NCBI GenBank assembly: GCA_026395915.1
Contig: JAPLXU010000012.1
Location: 8,996 to 72,995, forward strand
DNA: 64,000 bases
Source of the DNA: Candidatus Nomurabacteria bacterium
Lineage (GTDB): Bacteria; Patescibacteriota; Minisyncoccia; Phycocordibacterales; UBA9973
Reading direction: 5' to 3'
Positions 18,598 through 29,111 of this stretch are shown here, one piece after another (position 1 is the stretch's first letter; each line of letters begins with the position of its first letter). The notes under the pieces are model-generated. The model had not been told where the DNA came from and ran no database searches. It was given only the letters and a program-made list of their open reading frames with translations. A program made the position numbers and the translations under genes.

Positions 18598-20626
18598 CTC
18601 AAAAGAAAAATTAAAATTGGCAGTTCTTATTTCCAACGCAGGCACTGGCACAAACCTTCAGGCCATCATTGATGGAATCGAGAAAGACAAAATCAAGATG
18701 GAAATTTGCGCAGTAGTTTCTGATGTTTCCGATGCGGCTGGTTTGGATCGAGCGCGAAAACATAATTTAAAAATCGAAATCTGTCCGACGAAAGAAGCCC
18801 TGCTTCCGCTTTTGCAAAGATTAAATCCGGACTTTGTAGCTCTCGCCGGCTGGAAGCAGATTATTTTAGACGAAGTGATTCTCGCTTTTCCGAATAAAAT
18901 TTTGAATTTGCATCCTGGCTTGATTCCAGATAGCATTGACGGCATAGTAAAAAATCCTGATGGCACTGAAGCGCTTTGGAACAAGGGCAAGTTGACAAAT
19001 AAAGCTATTCAAAATTTCTTGGACAAAAAAGCTACTTTTGCCGGTTCAAGTATTCATTTCTTGACACTTAATTTTGATTTTGGACCGGTTTTAGGTAGAA
19101 CTTTTGAAAAAATTCAAGCCGGAGACACAGTGGATTCTCTATATGCTAGATTAAAAAATAAGGAGAACGAGCTTTATGAAGAAGTTTTAGAAAAATTAAC
19201 CTCACCCCAGCCCTCTCCTGAGAGGAGAGGGGGAATAAATAGACAAAAAATTTTAATAATTGGAAGCGGGGGACGAGAACATGCTATCGGCTGGAAAGTA
19301 GCGCAGTCACCTAGAGCAGGGCAGATTTTTTTTGCACCCGGAAATGCTGGAACGGCGGAACTGGGAACGAATGTAGCAATAGATGCGAAAGATATTTCTA
19401 AACTTTTAGAATTTGCGAAAAATGGAAAAATTAATCTGACTTTGGCTTTACCAGACGATCCGCTCGCTCTCGGCATTGTGGACGAATTTCAAAAAGCTGG
19501 TTTGCGAATCTGGGGTCCTACAAAAAGAGCCGCGCAGATCGAATGGTCAAAGGCGTTTTCAAAAGATTTCATGCGTCGACACAATTTGCCGACTGCGAAA
19601 TTTGAGATATTCAGCGATTTTGAAAAGGCGAAAAATTACGTAAAAAATCAATCATTGCCTATTGTCATCAAAGCAAGCGGGCTCGCTTTAGGAAAAGGCG
19701 TGATTATTTGTGAAACTATAAAAGAAGCGAACGAAACGCTTGAAAATATACTTGTTAAAAAAATATTTGGAGACGCGGGAAACGAAGTTGTGATAGAGGA
19801 GTTTCTTGTCGGACCAGAGATTTCCATTCATGCGTTTTCTGACGGAAAAGATTACAAAATGTTTCCGCCATCACAAGATCATAAAAAAGTCGGAGAAGGG
19901 AACACTGGACCGAATACGGGAGGCATGGGGACGATCAGCCCTTTACCGTTCGTGGATGAAAAACTTTTGAAAACTATCGAGGACACGATCGTTGCGCCGA
20001 CTTTGAAAGCTCTAGCCAAGGACAACGCGCCTTTTGTCGGAGTGCTCTATCCCGGGTTAATACTTACCAAAGATGGGCCGAAAATTTTAGAATACAACGC
20101 GCGCTTCGGTGATCCGGAAACGCAGACATACATGCGACTCTTGGAAACTGACTTACTAGATATTTTCGACGCATGCATTGATGGCACGCTGAAAAATTTA
20201 GAAATCAAATGGAGACCAAAGTCAGCCTGCACGATAGTGCTAGCTTCGGGAGGTTATCCGGGAAAATATGAAAAGGGAAAAGAAATTTTGGGAATTTCTC
20301 CCCTCCTTGTGGAGGAGGGGGTAGGGGGTGGTGATTCAGACCCCCTCTCAAATCTCCCCCTTAGCAAGGGGAGAGGTTCTCAACCACCTCGCCTTTCAGG
20401 CTCTCCTCCTTCGAAAGGAGGAGAGGACGTCGTCATCTTCCACGCTGGCACAAAGATGGAAAATAAAAATTTAGTAACGAATGGCGGAAGAGTGCTCGGA
20501 GTTTCGGCTGTGGGTAAAAATTTGCAAGAAGCGCTCAAAAAAGCCTATAAAGCAATAGAAAAAATTTCTTTTGAAGGAATGCAGTATAGAAAAGATATAG
20601 GCAAATCGGCGTTGGAATTGAAATAA
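18578..20626 (+). CDS. purD: bifunctional GAR transformylase / GAR synthetase (PurN-PurD fusion)
   Basis: N-terminal PurN pattern ('LAVLISNAGTGTNLQAII', 'NLHPGLIP'), then PurD ('ILIIGSGGREHAIGWK', ATP-grasp). Overlaps purF by 20 nt. Contains two in-frame GC-rich hairpin inserts (19199-19235 and ~20293-20430). Confidence 0.8.
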   Translation: MMSQKNNSKEKLKLAVLISNAGTGTNLQAIIDGIEKDKIKMEICAVVSDVSDAAGLDRARKHNLKIEICPTKEALLPLLQRLNPDFVALAGWKQIILDEVILAFPNKILNLHPGLIPDSIDGIVKNPDGTEALWNKGKLTNKAIQNFLDKKATFAGSSIHFLTLNFDFGPVLGRTFEKIQAGDTVDSLYARLKNKENELYEEVLEKLTSPQPSPERRGGINRQKILIIGSGGREHAIGWKVAQSPRAGQIFFAPGNAGTAELGTNVAIDAKDISKLLEFAKNGKINLTLALPDDPLALGIVDEFQKAGLRIWGPTKRAAQIEWSKAFSKDFMRRHNLPTAKFEIFSDFEKAKNYVKNQSLPIVIKASGLALGKGVIICETIKEANETLENILVKKIFGDAGNEVVIEEFLVGPEISIHAFSDGKDYKMFPPSQDHKKVGEGNTGPNTGGMGTISPLPFVDEKLLKTIEDTIVAPTLKALAKDNAPFVGVLYPGLILTKDGPKILEYNARFGDPETQTYMRLLETDLLDIFDACIDGTLKNLEIKWRPKSACTIVLASGGYPGKYEKGKEILGISPLLVEEGVGGGDSDPLSNLPLSKGRGSQPPRLSGSPPSKGGEDVVIFHAGTKMENKNLVTNGGRVLGVSAVGKNLQEALKKAYKAIEKISFEGMQYRKDIGKSALELK

Positions 20627-20647
20627 TTATAAAAAAAAGCAAAAAGA

Positions 20648-20682
20648 AAACCCGTGGCGTTTTTCAGGCGCGCACGGGGTTT
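20648..20682. terminator. bidirectional hairpin terminator between convergent genes
   Basis: Stem aaacccgtg / cacgggttt with a ~16-nt loop. T-rich on both strands. Lies between the purD stop (20626) and the stop of the minus-strand gene (20722). Confidence 0.45.
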
Positions 20683-20721
20683 CGTGATTGGTTTGGCCCG
20701 AAGGCCGATATAGAGAGGGAT

Positions 20722-22455
20722 TTACGGAGTACGTATCGACGACGATGATGGCAAACCCTCGATGCCCTCAGCGTTTTTCCAGTCTGGGTCAGCTAGACTT
20801 GATATTCCAAAACTATTTGGCGACCAAATAAGTGCTCCACCGCCACATTGTTCAACGTTGTTGGCAGTGTCTATTAGTCCGCCACACCCATTACAACAGT
20901 CACCAAGGAGCTGACTTCCCATCCAAGCGAACTGGTTGGTGACTTGAACTTCACCTCTCAATTCGAAAAAGTAGGTTGCCCCCGCCGAAATAACGATTGG
21001 TGTTTGGGCGTACATGTTTAGTACTCCCGGCGAACCGTTGAAGTTCGTAGCCGAGAATTTTTCGCCGGTGGCCAGATTGTAAAGGTTTATGTTTTGAATT
21101 GTCGCCCCTTGAAAGTTAATCCAAAGAGCAATCATGTGAATGCTTATTGAGCCACTCACATTTGCAGAAACCTTGAATTGAAGCAACCGGCCATCCATCA
21201 TTCCAGTCGACGGCAGGGTTTCCAGTGTGAATGTCGGAAATGACTTGAACACCCAAGCTCCTCCGGGCGTACGTCCATCTCCGCAGGCTTGAATTACTCG
21301 GCCTGAGTCCATTCCAATGCCAACTGTGCGGTCAGGATTGGAATCGTCAATTGCAACACCAACTTGGTGTCCGGAAACGGTTAAAGCTTCGCTGATACCG
21401 ATCGATGAAAGGTCTGCCTTGATTGTCAAGGTTTTACTTGCATTCTTCGGAATAGTGAAATGAGTTAATGGGACAAACATGTTCGTGCTCGCTGGAAAGT
21501 AACCATATCCAATTTGGGTGTTGCCATCCCAAAGGCTCAGTCTTTCGATGCAGGCCGGATCGCCGTTTATATGCAACCCAACACTTGTGAGCGACATATC
21601 CTCGTAAGACGCGCTGAACTTGAACACGCTCAATGTCACGTTAGCGCTTCCCGCTGCCACCATCTGAACATAAGGGGTCGAAGCATCGGCCTCGAATGTC
21701 AATTGGCAAGGCAAAGATTCGCGAAAGCGATAAAACGCGTGAGCATTTGTGCCGACAGGCAACCAAAGAGCAGTGTTTGTTGATGCCGCCGTAACCATGT
21801 CGCCTAACACATGCCAGTTGATGAGGTCATAGGATTCCTCGATTTGATATCGATAGCCAGTTGTCCCGTGGATAACAAAGCTTCCCATACCGCTTGTAAT
21901 CGTGAAATCTAGTTTCCCCCGATTGATCGAGGGCAACCCAAGGATTTGGATAAACGCCAGAGTCGTTGCCACCGGGGTGACTTCAACAGCGTTTCCGCTT
22001 GTTATGCCCACACATGTGATCGGGCTACCCAAATTCACCGCAAATTCCCCATGAGCATCGGACAAAATGTCGCACTTGAGTACGAGCGTTTTCACTGTAC
22101 CTTGAGTGATTATCAACATATTGCCGAAGTTGTAGGTGTATGGGAGTGTCGCTGCCATCGTGCTCAGTTGTCCAACTTCCGGATCAAACAAAGACCAGTT
22201 GACCATGAAGTCAGGCTGGCATCCGTTTTGCACTCGCAGGCCAAGCGGCATGGAAGTCACTTTGACATCCTCGTCTGACCCCATCGCGTCAAACGTGATG
22301 AGGTAAACCGTCTGCCCAGGCGCTGAGCCCGGAATCATCGGTTCGAGATTTGGTTGGTTGTTAATTGCCACATTGAGAGTTCCAGCCCCGAGGCTGGTCA
22401 ACATGGAACAAACGAGCACGAAGCTCGCGGTGAGACTGATAAGCATTTTCTTCAT
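20722..22455 (-). CDS. secreted hypothetical protein with N-terminal signal peptide; GC ~50% (higher than genome)
   Basis: 'MKKMLISLTASFVLVCSMLTSLGAG' looks like a signal peptide. 577 aa, Cys-rich C-terminal tail. No recognisable family. Confidence 0.5.
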   Translation of the reverse strand: MKKMLISLTASFVLVCSMLTSLGAGTLNVAINNQPNLEPMIPGSAPGQTVYLITFDAMGSDEDVKVTSMPLGLRVQNGCQPDFMVNWSLFDPEVGQLSTMAATLPYTYNFGNMLIITQGTVKTLVLKCDILSDAHGEFAVNLGSPITCVGITSGNAVEVTPVATTLAFIQILGLPSINRGKLDFTITSGMGSFVIHGTTGYRYQIEESYDLINWHVLGDMVTAASTNTALWLPVGTNAHAFYRFRESLPCQLTFEADASTPYVQMVAAGSANVTLSVFKFSASYEDMSLTSVGLHINGDPACIERLSLWDGNTQIGYGYFPASTNMFVPLTHFTIPKNASKTLTIKADLSSIGISEALTVSGHQVGVAIDDSNPDRTVGIGMDSGRVIQACGDGRTPGGAWVFKSFPTFTLETLPSTGMMDGRLLQFKVSANVSGSISIHMIALWINFQGATIQNINLYNLATGEKFSATNFNGSPGVLNMYAQTPIVISAGATYFFELRGEVQVTNQFAWMGSQLLGDCCNGCGGLIDTANNVEQCGGGALIWSPNSFGISSLADPDWKNAEGIEGLPSSSSIRTP

Positions 22456-22574
22456 ATTTTACTGTATCTTCTGGTTGTTTCTGTATTCTTTTGACAAAGA
22501 GGAACCTGCGCCACTCAGCGAGGCTCTCTGCCTATGATACTAGCATGACTAGGCTAAAAAGTCAAGGTTTTTCT

Positions 22575-23924
22575 CTATTTCTCCCAATTAAAGAAGTGAT
22601 TCCTGTCTGGACCGGTGCCGACGGATATTATTTTGACATCAAGGTCGGAAAGTTTGGTTTTTATATATTTTAGATACGATGCGAGCTCTTTCGAGATTTT
22701 TTTCTTGTCATTGACTCCAAAGTTAGTTTTTCCCCAACCCGGGATTTCTTCTGTTACGACACTCGAGACTTGACTCAAATAAAGTGGAAATTCTTTCCCG
22801 ATTTTTCCATTACACTTGTATCCCGTCACGACTTTAATTTTATCGCTCATGCAAATATCTGCTTTGTTTATGAAAATTTTATTCGCTCCGGAGAGACCTA
22901 TCGCGTAACGAAGCGCAAACAAATCAAGCCAACCGCACATTCTCGGACGTCCGGTGGTCGCGCCGAATTCATTTCCTGCGTCTTGGAAAAGTTTTTCGAT
23001 GGCTGGATCAGCGATTCTAGCAGGGAAGTTTCCTCCACCCACTTTCGTCGTGTAAGCTTTTATCACGCCATACACATCTCGCAAATACTTGTGAGACACG
23101 CCGAGGCCCAAGCAGACGTTTGCAGGTAGGGTATTACTGCTTGTAACATTCGGATAATCTCCAAAATCAATATCGAGCATAATGGCTTGAGCGCCTTCAG
23201 CTAAAATATTCTTTCCTTCAGCTAATCTTTTTTGGATCAAAGATGATAAATCACAAATTTGTAATTTTTTGAGTTCCTTCAAGGCATTCTGCCACTTCTC
23301 TTTTGCTTCTTTTATTTTTCCATAATCAATTTCAAATCCGTACTTTTCTTTATACATGGAAAGGAGATTCGTATGAAATTCCGAAAGGGCTGACTCTCTT
23401 TGTTCAAAGTCCGGCAACAACATATCGCCAACTAAAAGCCCCCTCCTCGCTCGGGCGTCACTGTAGGCTGGCCCGATGCCTCTCGAAGTTGTGCCTATTT
23501 TTGTTCCTGATTTATTTCTGCGATATTCGTCTGCTTGGTCCAAAAATGGATGGAAATATGAAACTAATTTTGCGCGGTTTGAAATGAAAAGTCGGGGAGC
23601 GACGTCAAAGCCTAAATTTTTTAATTGAGAAATTTCTGCGATCAAAGACACAGCATCCACTACCACGCCATTGCCAATATACAATTCTATCTTTTTTCGA
23701 AGACAACCGGAGGGGACTATATGCCCGATAAAAGTTTTGTCTCCAAATTTGATAGTGTGCCCGGCGTTCGCTCCTCCATGAAAACGCGCGACCGCGCTAT
23801 ATTTTCCACTCGAAAGAAGCTCATCTATGTTTTTGCCTTTTCCCTCATCGCCCCATTGTAGACCAACAACCGCATCAATAAATCCGTGTTTAACTTTTTT
23901 GTTTTTTAAAATTTTATTTGCCAT
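22575..23924 (-). CDS. purA: adenylosuccinate synthetase
   Basis: 'GLQWGDEGKGK' P-loop. 'GGANAGHT' and 'TTKVGGGNFP' are also present. Confidence 0.9.
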   Translation of the reverse strand: MANKILKNKKVKHGFIDAVVGLQWGDEGKGKNIDELLSSGKYSAVARFHGGANAGHTIKFGDKTFIGHIVPSGCLRKKIELYIGNGVVVDAVSLIAEISQLKNLGFDVAPRLFISNRAKLVSYFHPFLDQADEYRRNKSGTKIGTTSRGIGPAYSDARARRGLLVGDMLLPDFEQRESALSEFHTNLLSMYKEKYGFEIDYGKIKEAKEKWQNALKELKKLQICDLSSLIQKRLAEGKNILAEGAQAIMLDIDFGDYPNVTSSNTLPANVCLGLGVSHKYLRDVYGVIKAYTTKVGGGNFPARIADPAIEKLFQDAGNEFGATTGRPRMCGWLDLFALRYAIGLSGANKIFINKADICMSDKIKVVTGYKCNGKIGKEFPLYLSQVSSVVTEEIPGWGKTNFGVNDKKKISKELASYLKYIKTKLSDLDVKIISVGTGPDRNHFFNWEK

Positions 23925-23930
23925 ATAATT

Positions 23931-25421
23931 TTAATTCCCCAAACTGTAATTTGGAGCTTCTTTGGTAATAACTATGTCATGCGGATGACTTTCTTCGAGA
24001 CCTGACTGCGTAATTCTGACAAACTTCGCTTTCTTCTGTAAAGTTTTAATATCTTTCGCTCCGCAATATCCCATACCGGCACGCAATCCTCCGACTAGCT
24101 GATAAACAACTTCAGCCAAACTGCCTTTGAAAGAAACTCTGCCTACGATTCCTTCTGGCACAAGTTTTTTAATATCGTCTTCTGTATCTTGGAAATATCT
24201 GTCTTTCGAACCTTGCTCCATGGCTTCGATCGAACCCATACCACGATAAGTTTTATATTTTCTGCTTTCAAAAATTATTGTTTCGCCCGGCGATTCTTCA
24301 ACTCCAGCAAAAATAGAACCCATCATGACCGAGCTCGCTCCAGCCGCTATAGCCTTCGAAATGTCTCCCGTCTGCCTGATTCCTCCGTCAGCGATAATTG
24401 GCACGCCAGAATTTTTTACCGCCTTTGCGACTTCATAAACTGCTGAAAATTGAGGGAAACCAACACCGGTGATTATTCTTGTGGTGCAAATTGAGCCCGG
24501 CCCGATGCCAACTTTTATAGCGTCCGCTCCAGCTTTTATTAAATCTCGCGCGGCTTCCGCTGTGGCGATATTTCCGACAATGACTTCTAATTTTGGAAAT
24601 TCTTTTTTTATTTTCTTCAACATTTCAATCACACCTTTCGAATGGCCATGAGCCGTATCTATGACTATCACATCAACTCCGTTTTGTTCCAGCGCCCTGA
24701 CTCTCTCCAATGTGTCAGCTGTAACGCCTACCGCAGCGCCTGTTCGGAGACGGCCAAAACTGTCTCGAGAAGATTGCGGACGAGACTTCACTTTCATGAT
24801 GTCTTTGTATGTGATGAGACCGACGAGTTTGTTTTGTTTGTCCACCAATGGCAATTTTTCCACTTTATGTTTTGTCAGAATCTTTTCAGCTTCGATTAAA
24901 TCTGTGCCTAGAGCGCCGGTTATCAAATTTTCTTTTGTCATTATTTTACTGACAGTAAGCTCAAAATTCTTTTGGAATCTCATGTCGCGGTTTGTCAAAA
25001 TTCCCTTAAGCTTCATATTTTTATCAACGATCGGTATTCCTCCGATTTTATTTTCTTTCATTATCTTTGAAGCTTCTTTTATCAGGGCGTCTTCTCTCAA
25101 AGTGAAAGGATCTTGAATCATTCCGCTTTCGGAACGTTTAACCTTACGGACTTCCTCCGCTTGTTTTTGAATGCTCATATTTTTGTGGATAATTCCTATT
25201 CCACCTTCTTGCGCCATAGCTATCGCTAGAGGAGCTTCAGTGACCGTATCCATGGCGGCGGAAATGATAGGCACATTCAACTTTATTTTTTTGGTGAGAT
25301 GAGAGGAAATATCGACATCGCGAGGTAAGACTTCCGAATATTGAGGGACTAATAAAACATCGTCATAAGTGAGACCTTCTTGAAAATTTTTATCGTTATT
25401 TTTTGTCGCTTTCGAAGGCAT
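23931..25421 (-). CDS. guaB: IMP dehydrogenase
   Basis: '[11 protein letters not shown]' N-terminus. CBS pair. '[11 protein letters not shown]' catalytic Cys loop. Confidence 0.9.
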   Translation of the reverse strand: MPSKATKNNDKNFQEGLTYDDVLLVPQYSEVLPRDVDISSHLTKKIKLNVPIISAAMDTVTEAPLAIAMAQEGGIGIIHKNMSIQKQAEEVRKVKRSESGMIQDPFTLREDALIKEASKIMKENKIGGIPIVDKNMKLKGILTNRDMRFQKNFELTVSKIMTKENLITGALGTDLIEAEKILTKHKVEKLPLVDKQNKLVGLITYKDIMKVKSRPQSSRDSFGRLRTGAAVGVTADTLERVRALEQNGVDVIVIDTAHGHSKGVIEMLKKIKKEFPKLEVIVGNIATAEAARDLIKAGADAIKVGIGPGSICTTRIITGVGFPQFSAVYEVAKAVKNSGVPIIADGGIRQTGDISKAIAAGASSVMMGSIFAGVEESPGETIIFESRKYKTYRGMGSIEAMEQGSKDRYFQDTEDDIKKLVPEGIVGRVSFKGSLAEVVYQLVGGLRAGMGYCGAKDIKTLQKKAKFVRITQSGLEESHPHDIVITKEAPNYSLGN

Positions 25422-25448
25422 ATGATATTGTGTATACTAGCATATATC

Positions 25449-27026
25449 ATGAACAACATTCAAATTCTTATCGTAGATTATGGCTCACAATATACGCTCG
25501 TCATCGGGAGAATCTTGCGCGAACTTGGTGTGCGAAGTCTAATACTACCTCCAAAAAAAGTCGATGAATGGCTAAAAAATAATACTCCAAAAGCAGTTAT
25601 ACTTTCTGGCAGTAATTTTAGTGTGCATCAAAAAGGAGCGCCGGAGCTTCCAAAGTTACTCGGTATCGCTCTTCACAAAAGTCATGAAGTAAAAAGTAAA
25701 TATCAAATTTTAGGAATTTGTTATGGCATGCAACTTCTCGCTCATAAACTCGGAGGAAAAGTTGCGCGTCCACTCGCTCATCGCGAATATGGTCCGTCCA
25801 TCGTTACTTTAGATACTAAACATCCGCTTTTTGCCGGCGTAACGAAAAAAACAGAAGTCTGGGCTAGTCATGGTGATACTGTGATAAAACTTCCCAAAGG
25901 TTTTGCTTCTATTGCCACTTCAGAAGGTATCGCAGCCATGAGCAACAAAGATAATCGTGTGCTGGGAATTCAATTTCATCCCGAAGTTGTCGACACAAAG
26001 GAGGGGAGAAAAATTTTGCAAAACTTTTTAGAACTTTCAAAATGCGAGAAAGATTGGAACCCGACAGATTTAATTCACCAGATTCAAAAAGAAGTTCTCG
26101 ATATCGTAAATAAAGATGGAAATAAAAAAAATGTTGTTCTCGGCGTTTCTGGCGGGGTTGATTCCACAACTCTCTCTGCTATTCTCGCTCCCGTTTTGGG
26201 TAAAAGGCTTTTTTGCGTGGCTATAGACACAGGCGGACTTCGAGAAGGCGAACTTTCAGAACTGAAAGCGAATATGAAAAGCGTCCTTTCGCAAGAACGG
26301 TTTTTGCGAAAGGCAAATCTCGTTGTGATTGATGCCAGCGAAGAATTTGTAAAAAATATCGGTAAAACGATTGACGGTGAAGAAAAACGCGCAAAGTTTC
26401 GTGAAATCTATCAAAAAATATTTGAAGAGCAAATAAAAAAACACAATGCCGGTTTCATCGCGCAGGGAACTCTCGCGACGGATATTATTGAAAGTGGCAA
26501 AGCAGGGAAGTCGGCAATGATCAAAACTCACCACAACGTCGGCCTGAAATGGAAAGTGGAAGATTTGCATCCACTTAGAAATTTATTCAAGTACGAAGTT
26601 CGAGAACTTGCTCGCGTGTTACGTCTTCCATCTGCTATTTCCGAACGAAATCCATTTCCGGGTCCGGGTCTCTATCTGCGGGTTGTTGGCGCGCCAGTAT
26701 CAAAAGAAAATATCGAATTAGTGAGAGAAGCGGACAAAACCGTCGCTGATATTCTTAAAAAACACAATTTGAATAAAAATATTTCCCAACTCATTGTTGC
26801 TCTCCTCGGCGTGAATTCTGTCGGCGTGAAAGGGGACGAGAGAGTGTATGGGCATTCGCTAGCCGTGCGAGCTGTGCAAACTTCCGACTTTATGACAGCT
26901 AAAGGCTATTATTTTCCGGAAGAAGTCATGAATGAAATCACCAGCGCGCTCACAAAGCATAAAAATATTGTAAGAGTATTTTTTGATATGACTCCAAAAC
27001 CCCCCGCCACGACAGAATTTGAATAA
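25449..27026 (+). CDS. guaA: GMP synthase (glutamine-hydrolysing)
   Basis: Start chosen at the internal Met (MNNIQILIVDYGSQYT..). GATase domain, then 'VSGGVDS' ATP-PPase motif. Divergent from guaB with only a ~27-bp spacer. Confidence 0.9.
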   Translation: MNNIQILIVDYGSQYTLVIGRILRELGVRSLILPPKKVDEWLKNNTPKAVILSGSNFSVHQKGAPELPKLLGIALHKSHEVKSKYQILGICYGMQLLAHKLGGKVARPLAHREYGPSIVTLDTKHPLFAGVTKKTEVWASHGDTVIKLPKGFASIATSEGIAAMSNKDNRVLGIQFHPEVVDTKEGRKILQNFLELSKCEKDWNPTDLIHQIQKEVLDIVNKDGNKKNVVLGVSGGVDSTTLSAILAPVLGKRLFCVAIDTGGLREGELSELKANMKSVLSQERFLRKANLVVIDASEEFVKNIGKTIDGEEKRAKFREIYQKIFEEQIKKHNAGFIAQGTLATDIIESGKAGKSAMIKTHHNVGLKWKVEDLHPLRNLFKYEVRELARVLRLPSAISERNPFPGPGLYLRVVGAPVSKENIELVREADKTVADILKKHNLNKNISQLIVALLGVNSVGVKGDERVYGHSLAVRAVQTSDFMTAKGYYFPEEVMNEITSALTKHKNIVRVFFDMTPKPPATTEFE

Positions 27027-27046
27027 TGTGATATCATTTCTTGTAA

Positions 27047-27131
27047 CTCCTCCTGAAACAATTTTTGAAAATACGCCCTCGAGGTCAACAGGACAGGGAA
27101 CCCACTTTTCTTAAAATTGTTTCAGGAGGAG
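27047..27131 (+). ncRNA. conserved structured intergenic element, copy 1 (19-bp perfect closing stem around a conserved 47-nt core)
   Basis: ctcctcctgaaacaatttt ... aaaattgtttcaggaggag encloses GAAAATACGCCCTCGAGGTC-N16-CACTTTTCTT. The 3' arm contains the purH Shine-Dalgarno AGGAGG. Copies 2 and 3 are listed below. Confidence 0.5.
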
Positions 27132-27138
27132 AAATAAT

Positions 27139-28623
27139 ATGGCAAAAATAAATTCGGCTCTCGTTTCGGTTTTTAATAAAGATGGACTTGATGAAATCAT
27201 CAAGCTTCTTCATAAACATAAAATAAAAATAATTTCAACGGGTGGCACAGCGGAATTCATTCGCAAAATGAAAATTCCTGTCACCGAAGTTGAAACCATC
27301 ACAAATTATCCGTCTCTTTTTGGAGGTAGGGTAAAAACGCTCCAACCGCAAATTTTCGGCGGTATTTTAAATCGCCGGGACAAAGTCGAAGATCAGAAAG
27401 AAAAAAAACAATACAAAATAAGCGACATTGATTTGGTGATCGTTGATCTCTATCCGTTTGAAGAGACGCTTGCAAGTGGAGCAAATGAAGAAGAGATCAT
27501 CGAAAAGATAGACATAGGAGGAGTAGCACTCATTCGCGCGGCGGCAAAAAATTTCAAGGATGTTGTTGTGATTTCTTCAAAAAATCAATATGAAAATTTG
27601 CGTGATATTTTAAAAACTAGAAATGAAACCACTTTAGAAGAACGCAAGAAATTTGCTGGGCAAGCGTTTGAAATGACGAGCCATTACGACAGCGCCATCC
27701 GCGGATATTTTCAGAGCATTTCATTGCGGTACGGAGAGAACCCGCATCAAAAAGGAGAATTCATTGGCAACTTAGAAGAGAGTTTCACTCAGCTTCACGG
27801 CAAGGAACTTTCTTATAATAATTTTATAGACACCGAAGCAGCAATAGCAACAGTTTATGATTTTAAAAAACCTGCCTTCGCTATCATCAAACACATGAAT
27901 GCCTGTGGTTTAGCTGTGAGAGAGGAGGGACATTTGTTTGAAGCATATAAAGCGGCTTATAACGCAGATCCGGTTTCTGCTTTTGGAGGAATACTGGCGG
28001 CGAACAGGATTATAAGTGAAGACATCGCTGAGCTCATTAAGAAACAGAAACTTTTTGCGGAAGTAATCATTGCGCCGGATTTTTCTAAAAAAGCTCTAGA
28101 TATATTTATGGAGAAAAAAGATTGTCGAATTCTAAAATGGAATAATCCTAAAATTCCTGCAAAACAATCACGCACATGTTTCACCGGAATTCTCGTGCAA
28201 GATAGGGATACTCACGTTGAAAGCAAAGTGGATTTGAAAGTGACGACAAAACGAAAGCCGACAAAAAAAGAAATAAACGATTTACTTGTAGCATCCGTCG
28301 CAGCAAAACATCTGAAATCAAATTCTGTCGCTTTGGTAAAAAACGGCTCGCTTATTTCCATGGGTTGTGGACAGACATCGCGCATTGACGCCTTGAAACA
28401 AGCAATAGACAAAGCAGAAAAATTTGGTTTTTCTTTGAAAGGTGCGGTTCTTTCTTCCGAAGCGTTTTTTCCATTTCCTGATTGCGTAGAACTCGCTGCC
28501 AAGAAGGGCGTCAAAGCTGTCATCCATCCCGGAGGTTCGAAAAACGATCAAGCATCGATTAATGTGGCAAATAAATACAAAATGGCAATGGTGACGACCG
28601 GATTTCGTCATTTCAAGCACTAA
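27139..28623 (+). CDS. purH: bifunctional AICAR transformylase / IMP cyclohydrolase
   Basis: N-terminal MGS-like domain ('ALVSVFNKDGL', 'IISTGGTA'), then the AICARFT domain. 494 aa. Confidence 0.9.
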   Translation: MAKINSALVSVFNKDGLDEIIKLLHKHKIKIISTGGTAEFIRKMKIPVTEVETITNYPSLFGGRVKTLQPQIFGGILNRRDKVEDQKEKKQYKISDIDLVIVDLYPFEETLASGANEEEIIEKIDIGGVALIRAAAKNFKDVVVISSKNQYENLRDILKTRNETTLEERKKFAGQAFEMTSHYDSAIRGYFQSISLRYGENPHQKGEFIGNLEESFTQLHGKELSYNNFIDTEAAIATVYDFKKPAFAIIKHMNACGLAVREEGHLFEAYKAAYNADPVSAFGGILAANRIISEDIAELIKKQKLFAEVIIAPDFSKKALDIFMEKKDCRILKWNNPKIPAKQSRTCFTGILVQDRDTHVESKVDLKVTTKRKPTKKEINDLLVASVAAKHLKSNSVALVKNGSLISMGCGQTSRIDALKQAIDKAEKFGFSLKGAVLSSEAFFPFPDCVELAAKKGVKAVIHPGGSKNDQASINVANKYKMAMVTTGFRHFKH

Positions 28624-28672
28624 TTGGACAAAAAAGTAGATTCATGTTAATATCAGGATAGAACATTCTTTT

Positions 28673-29023
28673 ATGCCAAAATTAGTTTTTTTCGCGGGTA
28701 CTAGACCAACAAGAGAAGCAATTGTAGTACTCCTCCGTCGTGAGAGTCAAGAACATAAGTTTGAATTTTGTTCTTCTCTCGGAGAGGCAGACTTAGCTTT
28801 TATTGAACTCGACTTAGGTTTAGCAAGATTTTCCACTATCGAAAAAGCTGTTGAACTCAGTGTTCCTGCTTTGGTTTTTGTAGATAGAAAGGACAATTCA
28901 AAGTTGGTGGCTAAACTTAGAGTCAAATTCATGGACATTTCAGAGCTAATTTGTCCTAACGAATTTCGAAGCATTCTCCACAAGCTCATTAAACGTGGAG
29001 AAGAATGGGCGCTGACAGCTTAA
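28673..29023 (+). CDS. hypothetical small protein
   Basis: 116-aa ORF between purH and purE, no recognisable motifs. Followed by a hairpin (ggagcg..cgctcc, ~29053-29082) with a T-rich tail. Confidence 0.35.
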   Translation: MPKLVFFAGTRPTREAIVVLLRRESQEHKFEFCSSLGEADLAFIELDLGLARFSTIEKAVELSVPALVFVDRKDNSKLVAKLRVKFMDISELICPNEFRSILHKLIKRGEEWALTA

Positions 29024-29111
29024 ATGCTACGCGCAAAAACATATCGATTTCGGGAGCGTTTCATCTTTCATGGTGGCGCTCCTTTGTATTTATACTGAAA
29101 AATGATAATAT

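Noticed and set aside
24661-25116. 151-aa plus-strand ORF inside guaB, and similar antisense ORFs inside glmS, acs, purL and purH
   Set aside because: Nested in well-supported conserved genes. Low-complexity translations.
27047-27131. Known small ribozyme (hammerhead, twister or pistol) or integron attC as the identity of the conserved element
   Set aside because: The hammerhead CUGANGA box is absent. attC sites have conserved ends and a variable centre, the opposite of this element. I cannot match twister or pistol cores from memory, so the call remains 'unclassified structured element'.
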